DNA of 63,212 nucleotides, filler included, from Octopus bimaculoides (GCF_001194135.2; 5 parts of 5 records of this genome joined end to end with filler, not necessarily neighbours in it); one strand, 5' to 3'; counted from the first letter of the whole stretch, positions 1 to 12,737 are shown. Notes: generated by a model not told the origin, from the letters alone. Translations and numbers: made by a program.

Positions 1-703
1 ATTCTTTAAGTATTTCCCCGTAGCTGACGTGTTGCATCGAGATGATTTCCTTAGTGTAGCTTCGTTGGATTGCTTCAAGTTCCTCCATGGATTTTATATT
101 GCGTGGTGGCCATAGTTGGGAGCAATAGCCTAAGCGGCTGAGAACGTATGTTCTCCAAAGGATCATCAATGTCTCCTTTTCTCTTGCTTTGAAAGTTAGG
201 AGGATACATCCAGCCAGCCGTCTGCATTTTATTACCAAATTGGTAATAAGCACTTGGAAAGATGCATCATGGCTCATGTCAATGTCCAGGTCACGCACTG
301 ATTTTGATCCAGGGATTTCAATTCCTCCTGGGCGAGTGTATCCTGTCTGCATGTCGTTTAGTTTTGTGTGCTGGTAGCGTAGGGCCTGGAATTTCTACTT
401 TAAACTGCATGTTGTTGTCCTCACCCCACCTGTATATTGCATCCTGCTCCCGTTACAGATGTACAATATTTCCAGGATTTTGTATTGTCTGAGAGACTTT
501 TGTGTCATCTGCATAGCTAGCAAGGGTGGCTATCTGAGCAGCCGAGGCATGTCTGAGAGGGCCACTGTGAACAGCAGTGGCCCCAAGACAGTGCTCTGTG
601 GAATACCACTTGCTATTTGCGTTTTCTTGGAGGTTACTCCATTGGCCACTACTGCCTGACGTCTATCCTTTAGAAAGTTGTGCAGCCATTCTCCAAATTT
701 TCC
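1..703 (-). mobile_element. Decayed non-LTR retrotransposon reverse transcriptase, CR1/L2-type (partial, frameshifted)
   Basis: The minus strand translates to GIPQSTVLGPLLFTVALSDM, SYADDTKV (YADD at 504-515), YRWGEDNNMQF, VRDLDIDMS and ILWRTYVLSRLGYCSQLWPP...LEAIQRSYTK, the RT core and C-terminal motifs of CR1/L2-clade LINEs. There is one frameshift near 390. Confidence 0.9.
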
Positions 704-782
704 GCATATATATATATATGTGTGTGTGCATGTATATATATATACATATATGCGCGCGCGTGTATGTGTGTGTGTGTTTAAA

Positions 783-846
783 GGTGCATGGCTCAGTGGT
801 TAGAGCATCGAGATTACGATCGTGAGGTTTTGAGTTCGAATCCCGA
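783..846 (+). mobile_element. tRNA-derived SINE head (family C, my label), truncated
   Basis: A-box TGGCTCAGTGG and B-box GTTCGAATCC with no acceptor stem. The same head occurs in reverse at 63138 and 60063. Confidence 0.6.
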
Positions 847-849
847 GTT

Positions 850-2034
850 TTGCACAGAAAATGTGGAACATGTTAACATCGAGTTTCAGAAAAATTATTT
901 GTGACTTAAATAATCATTTTCTCAAAGATTTTCAGATCTTGACAGAATTGAGAATGAAATTCTTTTGCTTGAGAATCCCTTTGGCTGTAATCTTGATAAC
1001 ATGCCAACTGAACTACAACTGGAGCTTATTGACTTGCAAGCTAATACCTTGTTGAAAGAGAAGCACAGAGAATAAAACCTCATTGAATTTTATCGCTGCT
1101 TGCCTGCTGATGAGTTTTCAAAATTGAAAAAATTGCCTCAGGTATGGCATCAGTTTTTGGAACAACTTATGTTTATGAGCAAACCTTTTTCAAAAATGAA
1201 GTGTGTGAAGTTAATACATCGAACAAGGCACATTGATGAAAGCAATTTTTATGGTTGGCTGCAGCAATCATAAAGCAAACGTTTCCACAGAGTGGTTGTT
1301 GATGTGTAATGCAGTGTATAAAGCAAAACGCTAGCTTCACAAATCTCATTAACTTTTGTGCTGCTTACTTTTTATGCGTAGGAGTGGCTGTGTGGTAAGT
1401 AGCTTGCTTACGAGCCACATGGTTCCGGGTTCCCACTGTGTGGCACCTTGGGCAAGTGTCTTCTACTATAGCCTCGGGCCGACCAAAGCCTTGTGAGTGG
1501 ATTTGGTAGACGGAAACTGAAAGAGGTCCGTCGTGTATATGTATATATGTATGTGTGTGTATATGTTTGTGTGTCTGTGTTTGCCCCCCCCCCTTCCAAC
1601 ATCGCTTGAAAAACCGATGCTGGTGTGTTTACGTCCCCGTAACTTAGCGGTTCGGCAAAAGAGACCGATAGAATAAGTACTAGGCTTCCAAAGAATAAGT
1701 CCTGGGGTCGATTTGCTCGACTAGAGGCGGTGCTCCATTATGGCCACAGTCAAATGACTGAAACAAGTAAAGAGAATATGCAATTCAGCTATGTGTGCAC
1801 TTTTTCTAAAAATTCTAACTTGGTAATATTTTGGTATTATTAAAATGTGTTTATTGTTTTTATTTTTTGTGTGTATTTTATGTATTGATAAATAAATAGG
1901 ATGACTGTCTATTTTTTGTGTACATTCAGTGTATTCTATATTGTCCTGAATTGAACAAAATATTCATCCGGCCCGCGCTTGGCATTCTTTAAGTTATATC
2001 TGGTCCACTATGAAAAAAGTTTGGTGACCCCCTG
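850..2034 (+). mobile_element. hAT (Buster/SPIN/Charlie-type) DNA transposon 3' remnant with right TIR, interrupted by a SINE
   Basis: Positions ~930-1250 translate to FSDLDRIENEILLLENPF...ELQLELIDLQANTLLKEKHRE*NLIEFYRCLP...SVFGTTYVYEQTF, the hAT dimerisation region, with a stop and frameshifts. The end AAAAAGTTTGGTGACCCCCTG at 2034 matches the reverse of a CAGGGG-type TIR. The next 8 nt, ATCTACGT, have a central TA as expected for the target site. Confidence 0.8.
1376..1775 (+). mobile_element. SINE family A (my label), full length
   Basis: Head GGAGTGGCTGTGTGGTAAG...GGAAACTGAAAGA, an internal TA/TG microsatellite, and tail ...GGCCACAGTCAAATGACTGAAACAAGTAAA. It recurs more than 15 times in the window. 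Confidence 0.85.
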
Positions 2035-3159
2035 ATCTACGTAAAAACGCATATTTATGAAGTTTAGGAAAATCCTAGCAACAATGGAACAAACATTTAA
2101 ACTCAATGGGGGATTATACTTCATAATTAATATTTCCTTTCTTATTTTTGCATTTATGAATATTAGCATTGTTCTCTATGTAATGTAGTCATTGTTTGAA
2201 ACCACTGTTTTTATTGTGTTATTATAACAATGAGCAGAATGATTAAAGGAATCTTTTACTAGATGATAAACTGAATATGCCCTAAATACTCGAATCTAAA
2301 ATATTTTTACGATCATTAGCTGTCTCATTTTTCTGGATTTATAGATCTAAAGTTGAAGTTGTCAAGAAACACTTTTAAAACTAACGTACGGTTTACGTAG
2401 CGCTAAGATTTCTACTCTATCTTCTATTTTTAGCCTGGTAGCTATTCTTATTATGTCTAAATTAATAGCGTGTTAAATAGTAAAGTTGATTCTCCTACAG
2501 ATATTGATGATATTGTTGAAACAGGGTTGCCAATTTAGTGCTTTTTTTTTTTTAACTATTTTCAGAGCAAAAATTCATTGTGTTATGAGCCTGCGTAATT
2601 TTAGTGCTTTTTTTTTATAATTCAATGCTTTTTCATTAAAGTGAAATCAGAATTTCATTTGGAATTTTCAGTTCAAAAGTAGTGGGGGAGCATCACAGCC
2701 ATGTGTTGAGAGGAATTCTTTGGGGGTTGAATAATTCACCTCTGGAAACATGGTTGTTTTGTTCATCATTCTTAAACAACTCCTATTCGGGGACCTTTTA
2801 AGCGGAATGGGCTACTCAACTTGAAGAAAATTGTAATTGGGCCCCACCTGCAAGATCATGCGCTGTTTTTATATAAGATCACTATGTCGCGCACATATGG
2901 TCGTGATGCATGTGCCCGGTGTACCCTTATCAGACGGGTAGTCAAGATGGGTATATTGGGCTTCGTATATTTGTACCCCGTGCCACTTTGATGGCATGTA
3001 TTGCTCTCTCACTCAATTAGAAAAAGATAACGCGTAAACAACTGATTGGGATAAACAATAAAAGCTATAAAATATAACTATCGCAATCAATTTGAGATCA
3101 TTGTAAGGCGGCAGAATATACAACATTCTTGCTATAAATTATTTATATAGACTTTTGAA

Positions 3160-3325
3160 GGCGTCGAGTTGGCAGAATCGTTAGTACACAGGACGAAATG
3201 CCGCTAAGCATTTCGTCCACCCTTATGTTTTGGGTTCAAATTCAGCCGAAGTCGACTCTGCCTTTCATTGATAAAATATGTACAAATGAAACACTATGGT
3301 CGATTAAAATTGCTGACCTCGTTCC
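3160..3325 (+). mobile_element. SINE family B (my label), diverged
   Basis: GGCAGAATCGTTAG...GAAATGC...GTTCAAATT...GTCGACT..GCCTTTCAT, shared with the copies at 18168 and 21490. Confidence 0.65.
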
Positions 3326-3740
3326 AAACTTATAATGAATTATTTGTATAGATATTTTAATGTTTATTTGAAAAAATTAAGAACTAACGATTGACACAGG
3401 TTTCAGACAGTTTTATTCTGAATTGAAGTATAACTGTATAAAGATTCGACTGGCTAAAATTCATTTGAATATTTGTCTAAGTTAGTTTTAACACTTTTCA
3501 TTTTACCATATACGTATTTCGATGCAGAGAGAATATTTAGCAACATGAATTTTATAAAAATCAAATGAGCATAACCGATTGTGCATAGAAACTCTATGAG
3601 AAATTTTGAACATCAAATATGGACTTAAACGAAGTGCTAAATGCTGCTACCTAGCGAACTGTTACAGAAAATTGGATCCATAGATGCTTATATAAATCAT
3701 GTAAAACTATATCTTCTACCCTGAACTGAAAACATTCAAA

Positions 3741-3925
3741 CTAGTCTTGTGGAACCCACTTCATGATGATGTAAGAGGCAAACGTCGTCACACTTACATC
3801 GAGAACTTGATTGTAGACACTGGCCTGTAATGTATCCAGGACATCGAGGCAGTGATGCTGTTCCAAGGAGTGTGGCGGATAGACCTTGTTGCAGTGGCCC
3901 GGGTTGGAACCCGGCCATAATAATA
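3741..3925 (+). mobile_element. RTE-clade LINE 3' end fragment
   Basis: Translates to LVLWNPLHDDVRGKRRHTYIENLIVDTGL*...VMLFQGVWR, resembling the RTE C-terminus LWEP.HG.R.RGRP..TY.D.L..DTG. It is followed by a short (TAA)n tail. Confidence 0.6.
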
Positions 3926-4270
3926 AAATTACAACAAACGAAATTGATCGAGAAATCTTCGAAAATATAACGGGGTAAAAACAAAAGTAATTAAGTTAAT
4001 TTGATTGTAATTTATCCAGAATTGAAATTTTTAATATAAATCTTTTGATAGTTACACCTTTTTATGTGGTTTTTTGCTTAGGAGTTCTTTTGTCTTGTTT
4101 TGTTTGTTTGTTTGTTTGTTTTTTATTTGGGTTTTTTTTTGTACTTTTTACTTTTAGTGCCTTTTAGCTATCGATTTTTCTTCTTTTTTGTTACTTATGA
4201 TTTGACAATCGTGTATTGAGATGGTGTTCATGTTATGTGCAACAAACAGTTTTGTACGTATTTTTAATCT

Positions 4271-4642
4271 TTTCTTTTACTTGTTTCAGATTGGGGCCAT
4301 GCTGGGGCATCGCCTCGAGGAATTTTTTAGTCGAATGTATCGATTCCATTGCTTATCATTTTTTTTAAAGACTGGTACTTATTTTATTGTCGAACCGCTA
4401 TGTTACGGGGACGTAAACACACCAGCACCCGTTGTCATGCGATGAAGGGAGACAAACACAGACACAAAGACACACACATATATATACAACGGGCTTCTTT
4501 CAGTTTCCGTCTACCAAATCCACTCACAAGGCTTTGGCCGGCCTGAGGCTACAGTTGAAGATACTTGTCCAAGGTATCACGCAATGGGACTGAACCCTGA
4601 ACCATGTGACTGGGAAGCAAAATTTTTACCGCACAGAGACGC
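4271..4642 (-). mobile_element. SINE family A, full length, reverse
   Basis: Reverse complement of the 1376-1775 element, including both head and tail. Confidence 0.8.
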
Positions 4643-5519
4643 TTATGGCTTAATATTTGGATATTTACATTTTTGTCAAATCTTTGTATAAGTCATTAAA
4701 GTTGATGGTCAGTTTTCTCGTAGTGAGAAAATCAAATTCAAAGAGTTCGAGAGCTTCTGGCTAAGGAAGTAATTATGACATCTGAAGTCGATTATTTTCT
4801 TTGGTAGAATTAGTATTCCTTTGAATCAGATAAATGTCTTCTATCTCATTCACTAGTTTAGATTTTGGAACATATGAATTAGACAATCTATTACTGCTTG
4901 GGTGATATCACGACAAACTTCGCAGAAAATTTCAGAGGCTGTGTTACAAAAAGGTTTCTTTCAGTCCAGAGGTTTTATGAGATACCTTAGTAGAAAACTG
5001 CAACAAATAAGGACACGTGTGCTTTTTTTTATTATTATTATTTTTAATGCTGGTACGCTGAAGTTGAACATTTTAGTAGAATAAAAAGATTGATTCCCGG
5101 ACACTGTGTTTCATTACGACAGTTTATTAGGCTAAACACAACAATAATAATTCCTCAGTTTTCACTACTGAACATTAAGAACTTTAGTTGTTGTTATTGT
5201 GATGGTGGAAAAGGTAAAGAATGGTAGGAAAGGAGAAGCAGATAAGAGGGAAGGAAAGGGACAAAGATGAGGAAGTTGTGACAAGTGTAAGTTGAGATGG
5301 GAGCAGTCAAAGACAGGGGAAGGAGGAACAAGAGAAACACCGAAAAATAGATACAGACGTATTATCATACACGTGCACGCATTCATACACACATACATAC
5401 AATACATACATACACACATGCATACATACATACATACGTACATACATTCATACATACATACATACATACATACATACATGCACACATACATACATAAAAA
5501 TCATCATTTCGGTACAACT

Positions 5520-5860
5520 ATAACAAACCTAATATTGTTCTGTGGAACAGAGAACAAAAGTCATGCATTGTTGAAGAGTTCAACTGCCAAGCGGCATGAA
5601 TATACAATCAAAAACCCGGGAAAAAGAGAACGTTTATGGCGAATTAGTGCGGAACTTACAGCTCTTCTACTCTGACTATGAATTCTCATTTGTACCTATC
5701 ATCGGGTGCATTATGTTATGTACCAACGAATTTGCACAAAAGCCTTATAATACTCGGTTTCGCGAAGAAAGAGCAAAAGAAACTGACGCAGATTCTTCAA
5801 ATCCAATCCATTAGTGGCACAGTGATGATTTGTAAGTCGTTCCAAAAATCCTTCATGTGA
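5520..5860 (+). mobile_element. RLE-type (R4/Dong/NeSL-like) LINE endonuclease 3' remnant
   Basis: Joined frames read NKPNIVLWNREQKSCIVEEF...EKENVYGELVRNLQLFYSDYEFSFVPII.GALCYVP...LQIQSISGTVMICKSF, the PD-(D/E)xK restriction-like endonuclease tail. It is homologous to 60778-61092. Confidence 0.75.
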
Positions 5861-7517
5861 GATTCTTATGTGAACACACTTGGGTGTATGCATACACAAT
5901 TCAACCAACATGCCAACTCAACCGCGTATTTCCAGACACTGGAAACTTTCCTAATTCAAAAAGTCTTGGCCTTTTGTTAGCGACCGGCTTGAAATCTTTC
6001 AAGAAGAACTTAAATTAAACTTAAAGAAAAATCATACATTGCTATACTTTCACTGTGTCCACTCCTATCTGAAGTAGACATGACTATTATCAGACACAAA
6101 ATCCCAACCAGATCTATACTCCGCATTACAGAACTCTGTTGTCCTTGTGACTTTGAGGAGATAATCCATGGATATAAAGTCACTTAATCTAATGTGTTAC
6201 ATATAATCAGTACAGACCATTGAAAATGGTTGATCCAGTGTATTTATTGTCTGACTTGTAGACGTCATAGGTTGTTCTTAGGGTCTACAGTTGTGTTACA
6301 GTAATGCCGAAATGCATTGCCTGTTCGAGGAGATTATAAGTTTAATTGACCCCCGCTGAACATCCTAGTATACAGTTTTTGATGTATTTGTTGACTAGGA
6401 ACCCTGCAACATTTATAAGACTGTCCCTTTCCACTAGAGAACAGGCCTTTCTTCGATGTTTTGCCTTTGGTTTCACAAGCCCTGATGATGTAACGGTTAC
6501 CTCTTTCCATCTAAAGTAAGAGATTTGAATCTTCCTTAAAAAAACAACTTTTGTATATGTATGTGTATGTGTGTGTGTGTGTGTGTGCGTGCGTGCGTGC
6601 GCGCAAGTGCTCGTGCGTATCTTATTCACAACAAAGCAAAATCAAAAGAACTAACCTAAGTTTAAATATTACAAAGCCTTATTGTGGGTTAAATAAGAAT
6701 GTAAGCACGTTCTTTCTGTGCTACTGACGTGCGGGAAAAGAGGAAGGGGTCTCCTGACAGACCGTTTTACAATCTGTTTACCACTATTCAGAGAAGACGT
6801 ACCTAGCTTCATTCTCTAAACAACTTCAGAAATATATTAATATTTGAAGCTATTTGTGGTTAGCTTAGTAATGGATTTGCTTATTTGTGATTTTTATGAG
6901 TCACATTAATTTAACAATATATATTTTGTGCAAAACACAGGATAGTTAAGAATTGCAATGAATTTGTGCGTATGTGTAAGTATGTTTAAAAACTAACGCT
7001 TGAGAGAAAGGCAAAGCGGGTTTGTGCGGGCATGCATATTTTCGTGTGTGTATATATGTGTGAGCGTGTATGCATGTATAACCTGTATACTTGGTGTATA
7101 TATACGCTATACAAGATCATTGACACGCACACATGCATACATACATATAGTCATATATATATACACATACATATGTACATAGATTTATGCATATTTGCAG
7201 ACATGCAGACATATATGCATGCATACATATATGCAGACATGCATACATATATGCATGCATACATAGATGTGTATATACATACATGAATACATATGTGTGT
7301 ACGTACACAGATGTATACATAATGATGTGGGTGTATGTATACATACATACATACATACAAAACAATACAAAAATGAAAGCCCAAGCCATGTCATGGAAGC
7401 CGAAATTTCGGTAATGTACTCAACGACGGCAGGCGAAATTACGAGCCCTCTCAGATCGTATAGAAAGCGTTGAAGAAGGGTCACAGGACTTGCACGAGGG
7501 CAGACTACTACTACTAC

Positions 7518-7520
<3 letters not shown>

Positions 7521-7606
<86 letters not shown>
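7521..7606. repeat. (TA)n microsatellite
   Basis: Uninterrupted TA dinucleotide run, one of many TA, CA, GA, TACA and TATC arrays in the window. Confidence 0.95.
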
Positions 7607-7610
<4 letters not shown>

Positions 7611-7715
7611 CATGCATGTATGTATGTATGTATACACACTTGAATACAATATAATTTATAAAGTACATTGTGCAATGAGTTACTAGATACGTTTAGAAAA
7701 TTGACGGATGCAAGT

Positions 7716-10700
7716 CTAGCGTAGCGTCCTGTTAGAACACAAACTAGAAAGATTACTGTAGAAAGTCTTCATGTCTGCATAGAGTTGAGGAAGGTCTACT
7801 ACAAAGATGAAGATAGGAAGTGCAGATAGGAGTATCACAGCAAAAACTCCGATACCTTGAGCCGATCGTCGTTCGTCCGGTGCACTGGTTTTGGCTCGAA
7901 TTGTCTTAGAGAGTTTCTTTTTATCTACGGCAAGCTCTTTTTTTAAGCTAGCTTTAAGAATTTCCAACTCCTTCTTGGTGGCTGGCTGCTGTGTCACATC
8001 TTCACAAATACAAGGACACATAGGCACAGTGGGCGTCACTAAAGTGGCCTGCGTTACTGTAGTGGTTTGTATTATGTCACTGGTTCCTATTGTGGAACTG
8101 GTTCCTATTTTGTCACTGGTTCCCAATGTTGAACTGGTTTCTGTTGTGTCAGTGGTACTTATTGTGGTACTGGACTCTATTGTGTATCTGGTTTCTGTTG
8201 TGGAACTGGTTTCTGTTGTGTCACTGGCTCCTATTGTGGAACTGGTTTCTGTTGAGGAAGTGGCTTCTGTTGTGTTACTGGTTCCTATTGTGTCACCGGT
8301 TCTTATTGTGGAACTGGTTCCTATTGAGGAACTGGTTTCTGTTGTGGAAGCGGTTCCTATCGTGGAACTGGTTTCTGTTATGCCACTGGTTCCTATTATG
8401 GAACTAGTTTCTGTTGTGTCAGTGCTTCCAGTTGTGGAACTGGTTCCTACAGTGGAACTAGTTCCTATTGTGTCAGTAGTTCCAGTTGTGGAACTGGTCC
8501 CTATTGTGGAGCTGGTTTCTATTGTGGAACTGGGTTCTTTTGTGGAACTGGTTTCTGTTGTTGAACTGGGTTCTGTTGTGGAACTGGTTCCTATTGTGAA
8601 ACTGGTCTCTGTTGTATCAGTAGTACCTATTGTGGAACTGGTTCCTATTGTGTCACTGGTTCCTATTGTGTCATTGGTTCCTATTGTGAATCTGGTTTCT
8701 GTTGTGTCAGTGGTACCTGTTGTGTCACTGGTTCCTATTGTGGAACTGGTTCCTAGCGAGGAATTGCTTCTTATTGTGGGACTGGTTTCTATTGTGTCAG
8801 TGGTTCTTATTGTGGAAATGGTTTGTCTTGTGGAGCTGGCTTCTGTTCTGTCACTGGTTCCTATTGTAACACTGGTTCCTATTGTAACACTGGTTCCTAT
8901 TATGGAATTGGTTTCTGTTGATCCCCTGGTTCCTANNNNNNNNNNNNNNNNNNNNNNNNNNNNNNNNNNNNNNNNNNNNNNNNNNNNNNNNNNNNNNNNN
9001 NNNNNNNNNNNNNNNNNNNNNNNNNNNNNNNNNNNNNNNNNNNNNNNNNNNNNNNNNNNNNNNNNNNNNNNNNNNNNNNNNNNNGTTGTAGAACTGGTCC
9101 CTACTGTGGAGCTAGTTTCTATTGTGGAACTGGGTTCGGTTGTGGAACTGGTTTCTGTTGTGGAACTAGTTCCTGCTATAGAACTGGCGTCTGTTCTGTC
9201 ACTGGTTCCTAATGTGGAACTGATTTCTGTTGTATCAGTAGTACCTATTGTGGAACTGGTTCCTACTGTGTCACTGGTTCTTATTGTGGAACTGGTTTCT
9301 GTTGTATCGGTGGTTCCTATGGTGGAACTGGTTTCTATTGTGGAACTGGTGACTGTTGAGGAAGTCGCTTCTGTTGTGGCACCGATTCCTATTGTGTCAC
9401 CGGTTCCTATTGTGGAACCTGTTCCTATTGTGGAACTGGTTCCTATTGTGGAACTGGTTCCTATTGTGGAACTGGTTCCTATTGAGGAACTGGTTTCTGT
9501 TGTGGAACTGGTTTCTGTTATGTCACTGGTTCCTATTGAGGAACTAGTTCCTATTGTGTCAGTAGTTCCAGTTGTGGAACTGGTCCCTATTGTGGAGCTG
9601 GTTTCTATTGTGGAACTGGGTTCTTTTGTGGAACTGGTTTCTGTTGTTGAACTGGGTTCTGTTGTGGAACTGGGTTCTGTTGTGGAACTGGTTCCTATTG
9701 TGAAACTGGTTTCTGTTGTATCAGTAGTACCTATTGTGGAACTGGTTCCTATTGTGTCACTGGTTCCTATTGTGTCACTGGTTCCTATTGTGAATCTGGT
9801 TTCTGTTGTGTCACTGGTACCTGTTGTGTCACTGGTTCCTATTGTAGAACTGGTTCCTAGTGAGGAATTGCTTCTTATTGTGGGACTGGTTTCTATTGTG
9901 TCAGTGGTTCTTATTGTGGAAATGGTTTGTCTTGTGGAGCTGGCTTCTGTTCTGTCACTGGTTCCTATTGTAACACTGGTTCCTATTATGGAATTGGTTT
10001 TTGTTGATCCCCTGGTTCCTATCGTGGAACTGGTTCCTATCGTGGAACTGGTTCCTATTGTGGGACTAGTTCCAATTGTGGAACTAGCTCCAATTATGGA
10101 ACTAGTTCCACTTGTGGGACTGGTTTCAGTTGTGGAACTGGTTCCTATTGTGGAACTGGCTTCTGTTATGTCACTGGTTCCTATTGAGGAACTGGTTTCT
10201 GTTGTGTCAGTGCTTCCAGTTGTAGNNNNNNNNNNNNNNNNNNNNNNNNNNNNNNNNNNNNNNNNNNNNNNNNNNNNNNNNNNNNNNNNNNNNNNNNNNN
10301 NNNNNNNNNNNNNNNNNNNNNNNNNNNNNNNNNNNNNNNNNNNNNNNNNNNNNNNNNNNNNNNNNNNNNNNNNNNNNNNNNNNNNNNNNNNNNNNNNNNN
10401 NNNNNNNNNNNNNNNNNNNNNNNNNNNNNNNNNNNNNNNNNNNNNNNNNNNNNNNNNGAACTGGGTTCGGTTGTGGAACTGGTTTCTGTTGTGGAACTGG
10501 TTTCTGTTGTGGAACTGGTTCCTGCTATAGAACTGGCGTCTGTTCTGTCACTGGTTCCTATTGTGGAACTGATTTCTGTTGTATCAGTAGTACCTATTGT
10601 GGAACTGGTTCCTACTGCGTCACTGGTTCTTATTGTGGAACTGGTTTCTGTTGTATCGGTGGTTCCTATGGTGGAACTGGTTTCTATTGTGGAACTGGTG

Positions 10701-11358
10701 ACTGTTGAGGAAGACGCTTCTGTTGTGTCAATGGTTCCTACTGTGTCACCGGTTCCTATTGTGGAACTGGTTCCTATTGTGGAACTGGTTTCTGTTTTGT
10801 CAGTGGTTCTTATTTTGGAACCGGCTCCTATTGTCTCACTGGTTTCTGTTGTGGAAGCGGTCCCTATTGTGGAACTGGTTTCTGTTATGTCACTGGTTCC
10901 TATTGAGGAACTAGTTTCTGTTGTGTCAGTGCTTCCAGTTGTGGAACTGGTTCCTACAGTGGAACTAGTTCCTATTGTGCCAGTAGTTCCAGTTGTGGAA
11001 CNNNNNNNNNNTCCTATTGTGCCAGTAGTTCCAGTTGTGGAACTGGTCCCTATTGTGGAGCTGGTTTCTATTGTGGAACTGGGTTCTTTTGTGGAACTGG
11101 TTTCTGCTGTGGAACTGGTTTCTGCTGTGGAACTGGTTCCTGTTATAGAACTGGCATCTGTTCTGTCACTGGTTCCTATTGTGGAACTGGTTTCTGTTGT
11201 GTCAGCGGTACCTGTTGTGGAACTGGTTCCTATTGTGGAACTGGTATTTATTATTTCACTGGTTCCAGTTAAATCACCAGAATGAGTCACACCATCATCA
11301 GTAACAACGGATGGTACTCTACTTGTGAGAAAGGTTGATTTAGGAATGTGAAATGGCC
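7716..11358 (-). CDS. Terminal exon of a type I membrane mucin-like protein: Thr/Ser hexapeptide stalk, CPCxC, charged helix, TM helix, short tail
   Basis: Acceptor TTTTCTTCATTTGTAG|GG at 11358 (phase 1). The minus frame is stop-free through all sequenced repeat DNA (TIGTSS/TTETSS units) and ends ...MCPCICEDVT...KKELAVDKKKLSKTIRAKTSAPDERRSAQGIGVFAVILLSALPIFIFVVD...NRTLR*. TM helix at 7797-7856, TAG at 7716-7718. Three N gaps lie inside the repeat. Confidence 0.85.
8090..11255. repeat. Coding minisatellite, 18-bp unit (GGAACTGGTTCCTATTGT and variants) with ~1.1-1.4 kb higher-order period
   Basis: Read directly. The same ordered block of unit variants recurs near 8460, 9548 and 11013. Confidence 0.9.
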
Positions 11359-12408
11359 CTACAAATGAAGAAAACACACAGTCTTAGTCATACAAACAGC
11401 TTAAAATTGAAGCACAGAACATGAAAATATATGACTAGTTTACTTAACCTGAACTCATATGTATGCATGTATGTATGTATGTATAAATTGATATCGATAG
11501 ATAGATAGAGACACAAAAATATACACAAAAACAACAAGCAAGATGACGGAGTGTTATGCAGTGTAAGTGTTCGGTGGTAATTCGTCCATTCTCTAGAAAC
11601 AGACAGCAAGAAGTTCTGATTGCCTTTAGAAATGCAGATCCTAGATGTTCTATTGTTATGTTAGTTATCGATTTGCATAAGTCAATAATGTGGTATATCT
11701 CCATTAAACATAGATTGCAGTGCTTGGAATAATACTGAATAGAAGTAGTTAGTGTCACGATGAACTACGTAACGTCAGTAGCAGTGAAATAAATTTGGAT
11801 ATTAGAAATACTAGCTGTGAGAGAATTATATAATTGTAAACATATGCAAATATGCAAATTGAACTTTCCACTGCTGCGGTAGCCTAACTTATACCTTCTT
11901 TAAATAATAACTGAATATTCTGTACTGTTCTCTGGGGAAGGAAACCGTGTAATGTCTTTAAGCAGCCACCAACAAACTGAGAGATCGTCCATCAGGTGAC
12001 TCTTCTTGTTTTTTTTTGGGGGGGGTCTTTGTTTTTATTCTCTTTTTTGTTTTTTTTTCATGTATCTATGTTTACATTCTTTTCATTTCTCTCACAGCTA
12101 GACGTTCTACTATTTAAATACATTTCACTTGTTCATCCCTTCCAATTTACGCTGTCGTGTGCGTAAAATTTGAATGCATGTGTGCGTGCGTGTGCAGGAG
12201 TGATTTTACATGTGTGTGTGTTTGTATACACACACACTTATATATATATAGAGAGAGAGAGAGACAGAGAAACAGAGAGAGGGAGAGAGAGAGAGAGAGA
12301 GGGAGAGAGAGAGAGTGAGTGAGAGAGAGAGAGTGAGAGAGAGAGAGTGAGAGAGAGAGAGAGAGAGAGATAAACATATGTACGGACATATACAACTGTC
12401 ACATATAC

Positions 12409-12442
<34 letters not shown>

Positions 12443-12737
12443 CACAGAAAGCAGATATCTTGCAGGTGGAAATTATTAGACAGGGAAAACACTTCTAATG
12501 TTAGTTGATAGACAATCTATCACTCAGTTTTACATCTCCACTTGGTCCTTGGATTACCTCAGTGGGCGCCAGTGTTTTGCTAGCATTCTGTCCAAGTCTC
12601 TGATTTTTAGAATAACGTCGTCTGTCCCCAGTGAACAGTCATTAAGACCCTTAACATTATCATAAGCATTACTAACTTTTCTTGTGAAGTCATTAAGAAA
12701 AGCAAGTATATATATTCACATAAAATTAACCATTTAC

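Noticed and set aside
783-846. tRNA gene
   Set aside because: It has A and B boxes but no acceptor-stem pairing, and the same head starts SINE C copies elsewhere.
6280-6510. Further hammerhead (CTGATGA at 6482, GAAATGCATT at ~6309)
   Set aside because: The two core halves are in the wrong order, and neither has its partner at the right spacing.
7400-7715. SECIS element that would make the exon TGA a selenocysteine
   Set aside because: No AUGA/AA/GA kink-turn hairpin is visible in the short region after the stop, and the TGA does not align with a conserved Cys.
8090-11255. Regular short repeats as a CRISPR array
   Set aside because: The units are contiguous with no unique spacers, the context is eukaryotic, and the repeat is a coding minisatellite.
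7891-11285. Long plus-strand ORFs (879 aa and 270 aa, V/E/L/P/S-rich)
   Set aside because: They are antisense shadows of the Thr/Ser repeat. The minus frame has splice signals, a TM helix and a sensible C-terminus; the plus frames have none.
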